DNA of 54,733 nt, from NCBI RefSeq assembly GCF_001194135.2, contig NC_068984.1:33354189-33408921 (forward strand). The letters are read 5' to 3'. Both the position numbers and the translations under genes were made by a program. Below the pieces are notes generated by a model, which was not told the origin of the DNA, searched no databases, and was given only the letters and a program-made list of their open reading frames with translations. This stretch comes from Octopus bimaculoides (Eukaryota). Below are positions 26,442 through 39,154 of the stretch, piece by piece. Numbering within the stretch: position 1 is the stretch's first letter; every line of letters begins with the position of its first letter.

Positions 26442-28189
26442 NNNNNNNNNNNNNNNNNNNNNNNNNNNNNNNNNNNNNNNNNNNNNNNNNNNNNNNNNNN
26501 NNNNNNNNNNNNNNNNNNNNNNNNNNNNNNNNNNNNNNNNNNNNNNNNNNNNNNNNNNNNNNNNNNNNNNNNNNNNNNNNNNNNNNNNNNNNNNNNNNNN
26601 NNNNNNNNNNNNNNNNNNNNNNNNNNNNNNNNNNNNNNNNNNNNNNNNNNNNNNNNNNNNNNNNNNNNNNNNNNNNNNNNNNNNNNNNNNNNNNNNNNNN
26701 NNNNNNNNNNNNNNNNNNNNNNNNNNNNNNNNNNNNNNNNNNNNNNNATATCGGAAGTATGTACTAGAGTTTGGCATGTATGCATAAAAAAGTGCCCGCA
26801 TTTATATATACACAATTTGAAAAATACTACGTAAAGATTTATACTTGAAGATATTTATATATTGCATATCCGTATATATATATGTATAACACCCCAATAC
26901 CCAAGTCTTTTAGGTTTGTATATGGCACAGTTTCGTGCGTATACATAGATTTATATTTTAAAGATCAAATAAAATAATTAAAAATGACGACAGAACTAGA
27001 GGCAAAAGCAGGAAATGTAAAATATTATTGTACAATTCTCTTTATAACTTAGAATTATGAGCATTCCTCACCAGAAGAATTATAAACACTAAGCACATTT
27101 ATCTATTAATCACAATATTAATAAAGAAATATTGACTGAAGTCAAGAATTCCATCGTTTCCAATTATTCACCGACACTCTGTTAGTATCAAAAAAGCAAA
27201 TCTCTCAGTACTAATTATACCTGACACTCCACCCTGGAATGTAATAAACGAACTTCAGTCTAATGTCAGCTTTCACCACATATACATAACACGCTGAGAA
27301 GTTACCAATATGTCAGTGAAAATTGAACATTATTTTGCTTTAAGCTATCTTACTTTCAATAAATAGATTACCATATAGATGCTACAGAATCAACCAAACC
27401 TCTCGTACCAAATTCATGTCTAAATGACAAGCATGTACATCTTAATATTCTTTGGAAATTTGTGACAATAATTACTAACTTTCGAAATTATGTAGCTCAT
27501 GCTTTACTGTATAGCCAGAGATTTTGTTCCATACCAGGAACGTTTTGAGCCGTGTTTAAAGTTGATTATTTCCTTTAAACACAAAAGTTGAAAATCATTG
27601 AAATATTTTGAAAACATACAAGAGCCACAAAAATTATTTTCTTAGATGCAGTAATATTTTCTTCATCACACTGACCATCTCTCGAAGTAAAGTAAACCTG
27701 AAGATCACTCTGCTTGACCTACAAGTATTGTTTCACCTTATGTATGATTATGCTTTCCACAATACTGTAATATTTATATCATCGCCTCGCACCGTTTAAC
27801 TGATTATATTGCATAATATTTGAATATACATTATACCGACATGATAAACAAATATTATCATACGATTTTTAGATAGGTGATTATGATTATGAATTCTTCA
27901 TTGTTAATTCCACAGAGTTTATGTCAGTCGTCGCATCTAGGTATTTTATCTATATATACTCGCTCCTTTTGTGCGTCAGTTATATGGTCGTTATTTCTTT
28001 GCTCTGATATTTCAAAATCATGAATATGAGAGATTGCAAAAAGATCAAAAATATTCAAATTGAGGGATGATATATTGATTGTTGATCCAATATTGACTAT
28101 TTCAGATATCTCTATTACTGACACTTTGAAGCTTCCTGGCAGCATAGCCATGCATGACTTTCTGCACATAAGTAAATGGCCTTTCATCT

Positions 28190-29100
28190 AAAGTTCTGTC
28201 GTAGGAACGCCAGAAACAAGCCCCCGTCTGTGTATCCTTGGTCATCATCCAGGGAATACTATCAGAGATATTCTATTCCAGCTCCCATTATTATATTTGT
28301 CTCATGAATGTTTGTTTGATCCATGGATGCATTTCGACATTTTGTGCTTAATAGATGTTGTAGAGAAACATTGATGCAACATTCAAATCCCCCTTAACTG
28401 TTTGTTAAATGTGTATATCTTTCTTTACGCATCAGGAAGAGGAAGTTTATGTAACTGTCGAAGTGAAAATTTATTTTTCTATTGAATAGCTTTCGAGTTT
28501 TAACATCAGCAATCTAGATTACATATAGCACCCGGTCGAATTTCCCAAATATGGATATCAGTACTAGTGCAGCACATTCATAATGGACTATACATTCATT
28601 ACATGCAGAGAGATTGCGATAACATATTGTTATTCTGAAATTCACTAGCTATATTTTCCATGCTCCAAGTTTCATCAAAGTATATATTTTTACCTGGGGC
28701 ATTCCACATCAATTACCAGAGAAACAGGCAACTGACAGAGATATTGACAGAGATATTTATCATGGTCTAAATCAATTTCAATAAACTTTGTTGAAATTTT
28801 AACTTGTTCAGGTTGCATCTTCATACTATTGATAATTTTTGCACACACTTTCAGGTCCACATGAAGAAGCGGTTTGCTAAGTTTTTCCATCTGGATTTTC
28901 AATTCGCCAATCCTACACATCAGATTTCCTGCTAAAATAATAAAATAAGTTTTCTCTTATACTGGAAGTATTAACAGCAATATAATTCACTGACACGCGC
29001 AGATATACACTTCTGGAAATTTCTCTGAAAAGGAAAGCTAAAATCATTTCCATCATGCATGTTCAAGGTGGTTGATCAGAGCAAACTCACAGTTCCGTAG
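28190..29100 (-). mobile_element. Heavily decayed Merlin (IS1595/IS1016-related) DDE transposase relic
   Basis: Colinear Merlin-like motifs across frameshifts: *TCMMEMIL (29041-29066), SIRENLF (28943-28963), KISTK..YLCQ, APGKNIYFDET-LGAWK (28650-28700; cf. GPGxxVEIDESxFGKRKY), AALVLISI..IRPGAICNLDC* (28506-28575; cf. AATLxPII..IRPGxIIxSDCW), HI*QTVKG (cf. HTQTIEG), EYL**Y..LFLAFLRQ (28196-28278). TIRs/TSD not found. Confidence 0.55.
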
Positions 29101-29830
29101 ACCAGATAATTATATTTTGAACTTTAGAAGATTCTAGCGAATTTGGCATTCAAAAATAAGAAACATGAGCCTATAGCTTCTTGTAATACAACTATAATAT
29201 AATCTGGTTCTACTTAAGGAAATTTTAGTTGAGTTAATAAAAGTCATACACCATAGCGCGCACAATGTCTCGATCCAAAAGCTTGCTTGTTAAGCTTTGC
29301 TGATATGGTGGTAATATGCTAACAGTAGGTTCAGGAACGCTGCATACGTTTTATACATTTCAATATAGTATGCCATTAGATGTTATTTGTTAAGGCACGA
29401 TCTTTTTTTGTAACAAATTTGTTTCTGTTAAAACAATATGTATGCATACATTTATGGATGCATGCATGTATCTATGTGAATTCAGAGGTTGCATAGAAAG
29501 CTTAATAGGATATTCTCGATAGAAATTGTATGTGTGTAGCAATATCTGACAATTGACTATTCTCTTGACTCTTTTTCTGAAGTTTTACAATAACAATCAT
29601 GAGAATACCACGGTTAAAAAGGGATGTTATCAGTCTAATAGAGAGATAACGATCATTTCGAAATATTGTGCATCATTATTACATTTTTTTGTGCATCATT
29701 ATTAAACTTCTTTTTCTAGCTGCACAATTTTTCCTTAAAATGAACCCAACATGAAATGGTTGTCCAAATATATGTACGTAAACTACTAATTAGGTTCAAC
29801 TGAATTTTTTCTTGATTAGTTTTCTGTCAG

Positions 29831-29862
29831 CTGTTTTCTACTTGCGCCAGGTTTATGCGTTG
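29831..29862 (+). CDS. Candidate 32-nt microexon of an unidentified host gene (alternative 12-nt form 29851-29862)
   Basis: Branch-point-like TACTAAT at 29784-29790, T-rich tract, CAG acceptor at 29828-29830 and consensus donor TTG|GTAAGT at 29863; open frame xVFYLRQVYAL. No transcript evidence. Confidence 0.3.
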
Positions 29863-30309
29863 GTAAGTTGTTTAAGAGTGATCAATTTATACTGCCATAG
29901 TCTCCTTTTTTTCCCCAAAATTTTCTACGTTTTCTATTTCCATTTTTTTAGTTAGAAGTGAAGTTCTTTACTGTGTGTGTATGTGATTAGCAATGCCAGA
30001 AGCATTGCAGTTCGCTATAGATCAATCATTATTTCTTTCGTTCTCCAAATCCCTGGTTATACTTATGTATATATGTTCAGAGAGAGAAAAGGAAATATAT
30101 AGAGAGAAAGAGTGCGTGTGGGGGAATCTGTTGCATTTTGAAGTGTATCTAAAATAGTCTCTTCGGTTTTAAGTCAAATGTTGATCAGGAAATGCGGTTG
30201 CAAACACAAAAATGACCAAGGATTTAAGGGCCATGTGGAAATGCCGTTTTACGGGGAAAGAAGAAAGGAATTACTGATCTGCAGGAGGAGTTATATTATG
30301 CAAATGTAT

Positions 30310-30620
30310 ATGGCAACCAAATGGTCCCGGGTTCAGTCTTATGCCAACAAAAGCTCTCTTTGTGTATTTGGTAAATGGAGACTGAAAGTCACTTTCTGTA
30401 TATGTATGTATGTGTATGTATGTATGTCTGCGTGTTTGAATATATGTTTGTCCTCCACCATTGCTTGACAACCAATGTTTCTTTGTTTGCATCCCCGTTT
30501 CGCAAAAGAAGGTGATAAAATTAAAGTACCTGGTTTAAGAAATAAACATTGGGGCGATTTGTTCGATTAAAACATGCACGGCTGCGTCCAAATGATTGAG
30601 AAAGTAAAATATAAAGGATA
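30310..30620 (+). mobile_element. Degenerate SINE, third family (internal (TATG)n)
   Basis: B-box-like CCCGGGTTCAGTC, internal microsatellite, then TTGCTTGACAACCAATG..CATCCCCG..GATAAAATTAAAGTACC..TGGGGCGATTTGTTCGATTAAA; the core resembles the other SINEs. Confidence 0.6.
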
Positions 30621-30693
30621 AAGTTATATAAAGTAGATATACGTATACACAGAGAAAACAGGAACACATGCATGCGCGCGTGCACACACACAG

Positions 30694-30727
<34 letters not shown>

Positions 30728-31028
30728 TCACTCACACACATAGTTATGTATATGTTTATGTATGTGTACATTTATTTAGCAATTAATAGAGAAACTCGAG
30801 TTCGGGTTGTTATAACAGCGTGCCTCATGAATTCTGTTCGCGTTTTGGGCTTTGACTGCCCATTCTAGCATGTAAGGACTTTTGTCAAAGTGTCCTTTCT
30901 GTGTATAAAAAAAGATATTTTGTACAGTTTATATCTTTAAAAATATTTTGTCTTATGATTTTTATTTATGCATGATAATCTCTTGTAATAATTTATTTTA
31001 AGTTATTACCCTCATATTTATGATAGTA

Positions 31029-31076
<48 letters not shown>

Positions 31077-31079
31077 ATT

Positions 31080-31760
31080 TCGGGATGGTCACTATTTTCT
31101 CTTTTGCTAAATAAACACGCGCACTATATATTCAATCTTAACTCGTTTATTATTGTTCTTATTGTAGCTCACGTGCATTATCCAGAGATCTTTCGTCAAA
31201 CACCTGTGACCTCATTAGTGACACTTTCCGTCTTCGTGTGTGCTCTCGTTCTGCTTATTCCATTCTGTTCTTCTATGATGTGTATACTTATATGCGCATG
31301 CGTTTGCGTTTGTGCGTGCGTACATGTGTGTGTGTGTGTTTGTGTGTGTGCGTTTTATTGTACTTAGTAGTACTGTAACACTGTGTTCTGCTCCGTCCCC
31401 TACCATGTTGCCGCTGCTGCTGCCCTTGGACCCGACATTGTGTACCGTACTTCTAAATCACTGTGTTTGTGTGTTCGCCCACGCTACCGCCATCGTGGTA
31501 GTTGTTGTTGATACAAACAAAATGGGAAGCAAACCCATATACACACACAAACACACATACAGTAAGTTTACAGACGGCCGCAACAATACCAACCACACGA
31601 CTAACAACAACAGCAACAGCATAACAACATCCAAAAATACCTTAGAAGACACTTGATGAAGGTTGTATGGTATATCAGCCGAAACGTTGTGTTAACGACA
31701 AACTAGATGAGGACAGATATCCGTCAAATGTAAATAATATAAATAATGTACATAATTTCT
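31080..31760 (+). mobile_element. Probable Penelope-like element terminal (pLTR-like) remnant with hammerhead-like motif
   Basis: TTGATGAA-GGTTG-TATGGTATAT-CAGCC-GAAAC at 31653-31685 has the CTGATGAAGG...CCGAAAC layout typical of PLE termini; no RT or GIY-YIG sequence recognised here. Confidence 0.4.
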
Positions 31761-33439
31761 CATCTTTTAAATATAGAACTTCATTAAATATGACTAACGA
31801 TTTACTTAATTTTTTATATTTCATTACCTATGTTATACCGCACTTAACTCTATGTTGCGTATGCAGATGTCTCTCTAGAAAGTCCACGGAAAAATTTTCT
31901 AGTATTCAAACATATGGGATAATTGACATAGAGTATATATGAAAAAGGAATGCTATACTTAAGAATGTATTCTTATTACTAAATAATATAGAATAACATC
32001 TTGGGATACATTTTCAGTTATTTGAATAACAAATTAAACCAGACGCACAAACAGCGGATGTTACGTTTTTTTTCTTTTTTTAATGTTTTGCTACTACATT
32101 TTCTATGATAATGTATTTCACCTTAACTGTGATTACGTTATTTAAAAAAAATTCGTTTTTGAAATATTTATTTTCTTCTTTGATATCCCGATAAAACCTT
32201 CATGAACTCTCAGACAGTTATAATGATATTTACATTTAATATAGTTAACATAGATTCACACACACGCTGTTGATGATATCTCTCTATTAGTTATTCAAAC
32301 GTGTTCTAGCCACAAAATTTCAAAAAATATTTTATTCATTTTCATTTCTTCCAAGTATATTGGAAAATACTGTTTTATTCACATCTACATATTGCTAGTA
32401 TCCAGATATATCATTAATTTCCAATAACATTCTTTATACGCTTCGTATTTTTTCACCAGAAGCTAATTCTTTCTAAGAAGTAATATAGATAAAATAGCTG
32501 GTTTCAAGATAATTAGTGGTGCTTTTCGAAAATCATGGAGATTTTATTTATGTTTTTGTATCATGAGAATGGAAATCATTTTGAAAAATGTGCTAAAAAG
32601 AGTGAATGATGAGTTGTGATTTTCGTTTATTATTCTCTAGTAATGTTGCTTCAAACCTTATTAGATTCCCATAGTTGAGACACTGTTCCTAATATAATAA
32701 TGATTGATATAACAAAGGTCATTTAAATGCCAGACGAGATGCTTAGTGTCTCCAACTAGGATAAAAGCACTTCTTAAAAGGCGCCATAAACAAAAGTGCA
32801 TTTTGTTTTTTCCGGAAATGTGAGAGAGACTATTAGCTTTATCCTATAAAGCGTTAGTCAGTGAGTAGAAGGAACATCGGTGTAACTATTTCTTTCTTCT
32901 TGGATTTTGAAATATGGAGGTCAACAAACAATGAGAAAATAAGACCAAATATATTTCCATAAAAATGTAATTTGGTATAACACATATGCATACTATATTT
33001 TTGACAATATTCTCTAAAATAGGTTGAAGTAATAATGACAGACATGCAGTTTCCACTTAAATGATTGTTGGCAGGAGATACTGCTACGATCTAAGGAAAA
33101 AAATACATGAAGGGAAAGTTGGTTCAGTTATCATCATTTTAATCACGAAATATGATTGCCAGAATGTGTAATATTCTTATAAGTTACCTTTATGCGATGC
33201 AATATAATTCATAGAATATGAGACTGTTTGCTGCAAGCTTTTAGCTCCCCTCGGTCTGGAAGCATTCGAAAGAATTTCCACAGGCATACATATAAACATA
33301 CAATGTAATATACAATAACAGCCATTTACTATTTATATGTTGAAATGTGTATTAGTGCACGCTATGTAAATAATATACTACCTAAGAAATACTCTTAATA
33401 GAGACCGGACAAATGCAATTGGTTTTAATAATGACATCT

Positions 33440-33605
33440 AATTTGGACACGCCAGCAACTGTAAGGCTACCGATTCAGCTGATACTATCGACGCCAGTAT
33501 TTCATTGATACGTTCTGTTTATTTTCTCGACTTCGAAATGATGAATAACAAAGCTAACCACGATAGATTTTCAACCCACAATATAAAGAGCTGGAACAAC
33601 TATCA
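33440..33605 (-). mobile_element. Old degenerate SINE (first-family core)
   Basis: Reverse complement GGTTAGCTTTGTTATTCATCATTTCGAAGTCGAGAAAATAAACAG..ATACTGGCGTCGAT aligns loosely to the SINE core. Confidence 0.5.
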
Positions 33606-33802
33606 TAAACTATATTTCGGTGCTGTAACTATTTTACAACGAAGTGATCGCAGGTGATCGCACTGGATCATTACATATTACAGGATTTTGCATTTATCAT
33701 TTTCAGTGATTCGATGTGGGTTTTAATCATACCTCGGTTTTGCTGTGGGGTTTGTTCATACCGCATCCTTGCTCTTGGGGTTTGTTCATACTACGTCTTT
33801 GC

Positions 33803-33823
33803 TATTATTATTATTATTATTAA

Positions 33824-33875
<52 letters not shown>

Positions 33876-34525
33876 TATGGTTTCCTTTCTTTATATCTTT
33901 ATTTCAGTTGCCTTAGTACCGAGCATCCTCCGGAGGCCCAGAGTAGCCAAGGGGAATTTGTTTTGTTATGCATGCTAAATTTATCGCTACATTTATTCCA
34001 TTTTAGATGAAGAGTGCTTTCCGTTGTGTGGGGGCTGTACCCAACAAGGTTATCTGTTATCGTTCACGTCAATTGGAGTTACCAGAGAGTTGCTTAATAT
34101 ACTTCTGAACTCCCAACGCACCAATCACTACTGGTATTATCGTAGTTCTAAGCTTCCATAGTTTTGTGATTTCAAATTGCAGATCTTTATCGTGAGAAAT
34201 TTGTCGTATTCCTATCTTGAGACATTTCAATCTTGTGAGACAGCCAAATCTATTAACAAACAAGTCCCTCTGTTGTAGTCCGTGATCACAATGTCTAGTC
34301 GATTGGAGTCAGTTTTTCTGTCTGCTTGTTTTGAGAAGCTCCAAAGGATGGTGACGCCCTCGTCATTTACTACATCCTGTCTTTGGTGCCTGTACCACTT
34401 ATCATGGTATTTAATTTTGTAGTCTTACAAGCATTTCAGTGGATGTACTGCTCTAGTCTGTCATGTCTTATGATGTACTCTTTTTTCAGCGAGGACTGGG
34501 CAGCCAGAAACAACATGATCAATTA
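33803..34525 (-). mobile_element. 5'-truncated Dong/R4-type element (knuckle end, RLE, 3' UTR) embedded in (TAA)n
   Basis: Minus translation: PVLAEKEYIIRHDRLEQYIH*, VTILWSF..SNRLDIVI, KDLQFEITKLWKLRTTIIPVVIGALG..KYIKQLSGNSN. (TTA)n tracts lie on both sides (33803-33873 and 34530-34818). Confidence 0.88.
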
Positions 34526-34529
34526 TTCA

Positions 34530-34598
34530 TTGTTATTATTATTATTATTATTATTACTATTAGTATTATTAGTATCATCATCGTCATCATCATCATCA

Positions 34599-34650
<52 letters not shown>

Positions 34651-34723
34651 CATTATTATTATTATTTATTATTATTATCATTATTATTATTATTATTGAT
34701 TATTATTATTATTATTGTTGTTG

Positions 34724-34791
<68 letters not shown>

Positions 34792-34818
34792 GTTATCATT
34801 ATTATTATCGTCATCATT
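34530..34818. repeat. Long compound (TTA)n/(CAT)n/(TTG)n microsatellite
   Basis: Directly visible. Confidence 0.95.
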
Positions 34819-34821
34819 ATG

Positions 34822-35035
34822 AAGGCAGCGAGAGCTGACAGAATCTTTAGTATGCCAGGCGAAATGTTTTACAGTATTTCGTAGGACTTCACATTCTTAG
34901 TTCAAATTACGCCAAGGTCGACTTTACCCTTCAACTTTTCGGGGGTCAATAAAATAACTACCAGTTGAGTACTGAAGTCGATGCAATAGACTTACCCCCA
35001 CTTCGATCGGAAATCTTTGCCAAAATAAAACATCA
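34822..35035 (+). mobile_element. tRNA-derived SINE (first family)
   Basis: AAGGCAGCGAGAGCTGACAGAATC..TTCTTAGTTCAAATTACGCCAAGGTCGACTTTACCCTTCAACTTTTCGGGGGTC; homologous to 4291 and 48908. Confidence 0.82.
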
Positions 35036-36092
35036 GTTTTTAGTCCCTACAGACATGTTCGATAACGATTTGGTAGACGGTCGTACGATGTTCAGAAATA
35101 TTTGGGATATTAATAAAAGCACTGTTTTACCATATATAACTCGATGGGTCTAAAATATCTAAACATATCTATTAAACGCAAGTTGCAAAAGATATTTAAG
35201 TATTTAGCTACTACTTTTTATACCATTCGGTGTAATATGATTTATTTCCATATTTCTAAAATATATTTTGTATGCACGTGCGACTGTAATGGATCTTATG
35301 ACTCATACACAGGAATAATCCTCTTTTGGAAACCATTTCTCGGATTATAAGTTAATGTATTTCTTCCTGAATGAACAAATAGTTGTGTTTTCCAAAATGT
35401 TCGACATTAAATTGAGATTACTGGTGTTTATATATTTCCTCTTTTTCCTATACATCTCGCTGAATCTATGTATGTACTCGCGCGCGCACACATACATATA
35501 GATATACATATACATATATATATATATATATGAATATATATACGTATATATTCATATAACGTATATATACATGTACTTGTATATATGTACATATATGTGT
35601 GTGTGTTTGTGTGTGTATGTGTATATGAATTTATAGGGAGACAGAGACGAGTATATATGAATGTGCCCTTCTATATATGGCTATATACGTGTGTGTATGT
35701 ATATATATATATATGTATATATATATANNNNNNNNNNNNNNNNNNNNNNNNNNNNNNNNNNNNNNNNNNNNNNNNNNNNNNNNNNNNNNNNNNNNNNNNN
35801 NNNNNNNNNNNNNNNNNNNNNNNNNNNNNNNNNNNNNNNNNNNNNNNNNNNNNNNNNNNNNNNNNNNNNNNNNNNNNNNNNNNNNNNNNNNNNNNNNNNN
35901 NNNNNNNNNNNNNNNNNNNNNNNNNNNNNNNNNNNNNNNNNNNNNNNNNNNNNNNNNNNNNNNNNNNNNNNNNNNNNNNNNNNNNNNNNNNNNNNATATA
36001 TATATAATTTTGCAGAGATATATATATTATAAGTGTAGAAACCCGCGTTTCCACACTTATAATATATATAATCTGTGGATTCAAAACTGAAA

Positions 36093-36740
36093 CTAGTGGT
36101 CTACTATATCAGCACTCGCAATTCTAGCAACCTTCAATAACGTTACGAAATACTCCATGTGTCTCAGTGAAGATCTCACAACATGCTGTTTGCATTGGGA
36201 AGACTCTATTGAGAGTAACAATGAGTTAGCTTTAGCAACATTTATTCTCAGCTCAGCCTTGTAGCAGTCAGCGATGAATCCGTTCAGTACATGCTTCAAT
36301 TTACCTCCTGATGTACTAACTAGCACAATATTGTCTTCTGAATAATCTTACACGCATTAATTCTGATATCATTTCCACAACGGTTTTGTATGTCAATCCA
36401 GTTGATAAAAAAAAAGAAAATGTGAAGTAACAATACACACCCATCCCGCAGTCCATCATTGACATTAGAGCGGTTTCGACATACCACCATTTACTCGAAT
36501 ACAGATAGCTGAGCATTCGTAAGGAGACTTCATACCAGTAAAAAGTTAAACATTATTCTCAAAATTTTGCAAAAGCCCTGCACACGAAGTCCCACGGGAC
36601 GTTACCTTATATCTTTTCGAGCTCCATATAATAAGTGTACACTTAAAAATGCTTGAATTGGAAATATATCTCCTGCTTGGCTCATGTAGTACACTGAGGT
36701 ACGAAAGGCCGCAATAGTAAATATATCCAAGGTTAAGTCA
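36093..36740 (-). mobile_element. RTE-clade LINE relic, RT2-RT7 segment
   Basis: Minus translation with frameshifts: CG(F)R-like at ~36700, xNGGMSKPL.., DGLRDGCVL, NIVLVSTSGGKLKHVLNGFIADCYKAELRINVAK (cf. RQGCVLSP..ADDLVL..LQHALNGFAAECDKAGMRIS). Confidence 0.72.
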
Positions 36741-36759
36741 TGGGAGGGCGTCGTAATTA

Positions 36760-37275
36760 ATTTGGATTCATTTTGACTTTCAAACGGCCGATAAATTACG
36801 CTGGCAGACCATCTGTCGACTTCAAGACAAGAATTTCGTTTCCACACATGTCATTAAGAACTCAGCTTGTGCTCGCTCTACAAGACCTGCATCCTTGTGT
36901 GGTGGAGAATATTCTTTGCCGATCTCCGAAATCTAGTCACAGCAAAAAATTCTGATGGACACAAGGAGTATCTTCGGGTTAAGTCTAATCTAACTGAAGC
37001 TTAAGACATAGGTGCAATTTAAGGTGCTTAAATGTGGCGAGGCTTTTGAGAATGATGAAGCTCAGCCAATGTTAAATGTTTTAAAAAGTGAAGTTATTTT
37101 CTGTTCGATTCGTGTATGTTATGTGGCAACAGCAATCAGGAGTGATAATCCCAATTTTTAAAGCAAGAATCAAGTGAGAGTGCTCTAAATATCGCAGGAT
37201 CTCTTTGTTGAACATCCCCGGGAAATCTACGCTAGGTGTCTGTCAAAGAGATGGCGAGAAATCTTTGAGAAGAAG
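36760..37275 (+). mobile_element. RTE-clade LINE relic, linker-RT1 segment, inverted relative to 36093-36740
   Basis: Plus translation: FQTADKLRWQTICRLQDK..IKN, FKVLKCGEAFENDE..MLNVLKSEVIF, VIIPILKQ..CSKYRRISLLNIPG-YARCLSKRWREIFEK. Confidence 0.78.
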
Positions 37276-38667
37276 CCAGCTGTATAACATTGTTTGTTCT
37301 ATCTTGGACGCAGCACAACTAGCCAGCTAGTTTCTCTACGACCGGTCTTCGAGAAAAGTTTATCATAAGATCCAAAACATTTTTCGCCTCCTATATACAG
37401 ATCATGCACCCGATACGAACCCTTTCGTTAGTGAAACATCAATGTAAAATTTAACACTGAAGAACAATTATCATCTACAAGGTTACGTTTAATGTTTTCT
37501 GCCTCACATACAATGTTATTGTCGAAACAAATAATAGAGCCAATATTAACCAAAATGTTAATGAAATGAAAAAAATGTCTATTCCTTTAAATATTCAGCT
37601 CGTAATAAATATATTTTGTAGCTGTGTATTATTGTTTGTGTTATCGTAAAGACAGTAATATGACGAAAGGAGTTAATACGTTGTGTGTTTATCGATGAGC
37701 TATTTTCGTAACTAATATCTCAGAGTAATTGTCTTGCTATTTAACTGTATGTATAAGCATATTTGTATTTCATTTTGGGCATCATATATCTGATTGCGTT
37801 TCTCATATATCCTTTCTGAATTTTGCATGTAATTTAGTTTATTTATAAACTGTAGTCAGCCCACATTCTATATTTCGCTTCCTTCCCATTTCTTGATAAC
37901 CAAACTAATGGTCTTAGATTTGTATTTTGAGAGATAACAATGGCTATACAGAAGCAACCAATCAAGAAAAGAAACTCGACAGAACATTAGCACCTAATTT
38001 CCTCTACATTAGATATGCAGGATGAAAGGAATGTAGACACAGTACCTGCCATTACATTTCAAAACCTATTAGCGCTTCCTTATCAGAGTTACCTTAGTAT
38101 GTTGGTTAAAAGATGTTTATAGATCAGCAAAATTTTAAATTCACCGTATATAGAAAATGGAAAGTGAAACTTGATAAAGCATTTATATATTACAAGGAAC
38201 ATAGAATTTAAAAGTTTATGAGCGCAAAGGACAAGTTCCATTTCCATATATGGATCGATAAAATAGAAGCCAATTATTTACCGCTATAAACGTACACTGC
38301 TAAACCCTCTCTCTGCTGAGTTTCACATGTAAATTTTCCTAGAAAATTAATATTTTGAAACGTCGTTTGATCTCAGATTTTAGCTTGCGTGAAACACTGT
38401 TTGATTAAAGATAAGTTATGATTATAGAGAGAACACAAATTCTCGGCTAACTGTTTGTAATGATCAGCTACAAAATGCTATGTATCAATCTATGCATGCC
38501 GTACACGAACAAGATGATTTCAAAAGAAATCAAAAACAACAAAGGTTTCTGAGAGATTTCCCATAATTTGATGTATGAATATCTTTTGAAGCATATTTTG
38601 CATTTCTTTCAAGCCGACATCAATTTCATTACTTTGTAAGTAACAGTGTGTCATGTCTTCAACTCAT

Positions 38668-38729
<62 letters not shown>

Positions 38730-39154
38730 TGATCAGTCTTTTAATTATACATATTTTCAAGCGAGTATAAGCATAACAATCCTCAAACTATTTTGTCCCA
38801 ATAAATAAACACAACATGCAATTAAAATTCAAATAAAGCAAACACATTTTTCATACAAGTGCATCCTTAACTTTGATTAGAAACATTTTGGGATTACTTG
38901 ATATATGTGGTTTCTATTTTTATTGCCGAAGCAAAATGCGTCTGACTTATGATTATAATTATAAAACGAAACACACTTTCTTCATTCAAAATATATCCTA
39001 GAAAAGGAAAATCTTTGAAACTCATAGATTTGGCCGGCAAAATTATCTGAGATCTCAATGGTATATGTTAACATGTAGGTTAGTAGCAGGTCACACGTTT
39101 ACAAGAGTACGTATGTGTATGTATATCTATATCTATCTATCCATATATATATGT

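Noticed and set aside
27221-27293. Minus-strand segment with AG/GT borders (CYVYVVKADIRLKFVYYIPGWSV) and similar short frames at 27.6-27.7 kb
   Set aside because: No recognisable homology, weak splice sites, and expected by chance when searching freely.
28690-28928. 235-nt exon-like ORF with AG/GT borders as a host exon
   Set aside because: It lies inside a colinear series of Merlin transposase motifs, so a transposon fossil explains it better; not fully excluded.
33715-33803. Three ~30-bp units sharing GGGGTTTGTTCATAC, superficially repeat-spacer like
   Set aside because: Degenerate minisatellite with related 'spacers', eukaryotic context and no cas genes; not CRISPR.
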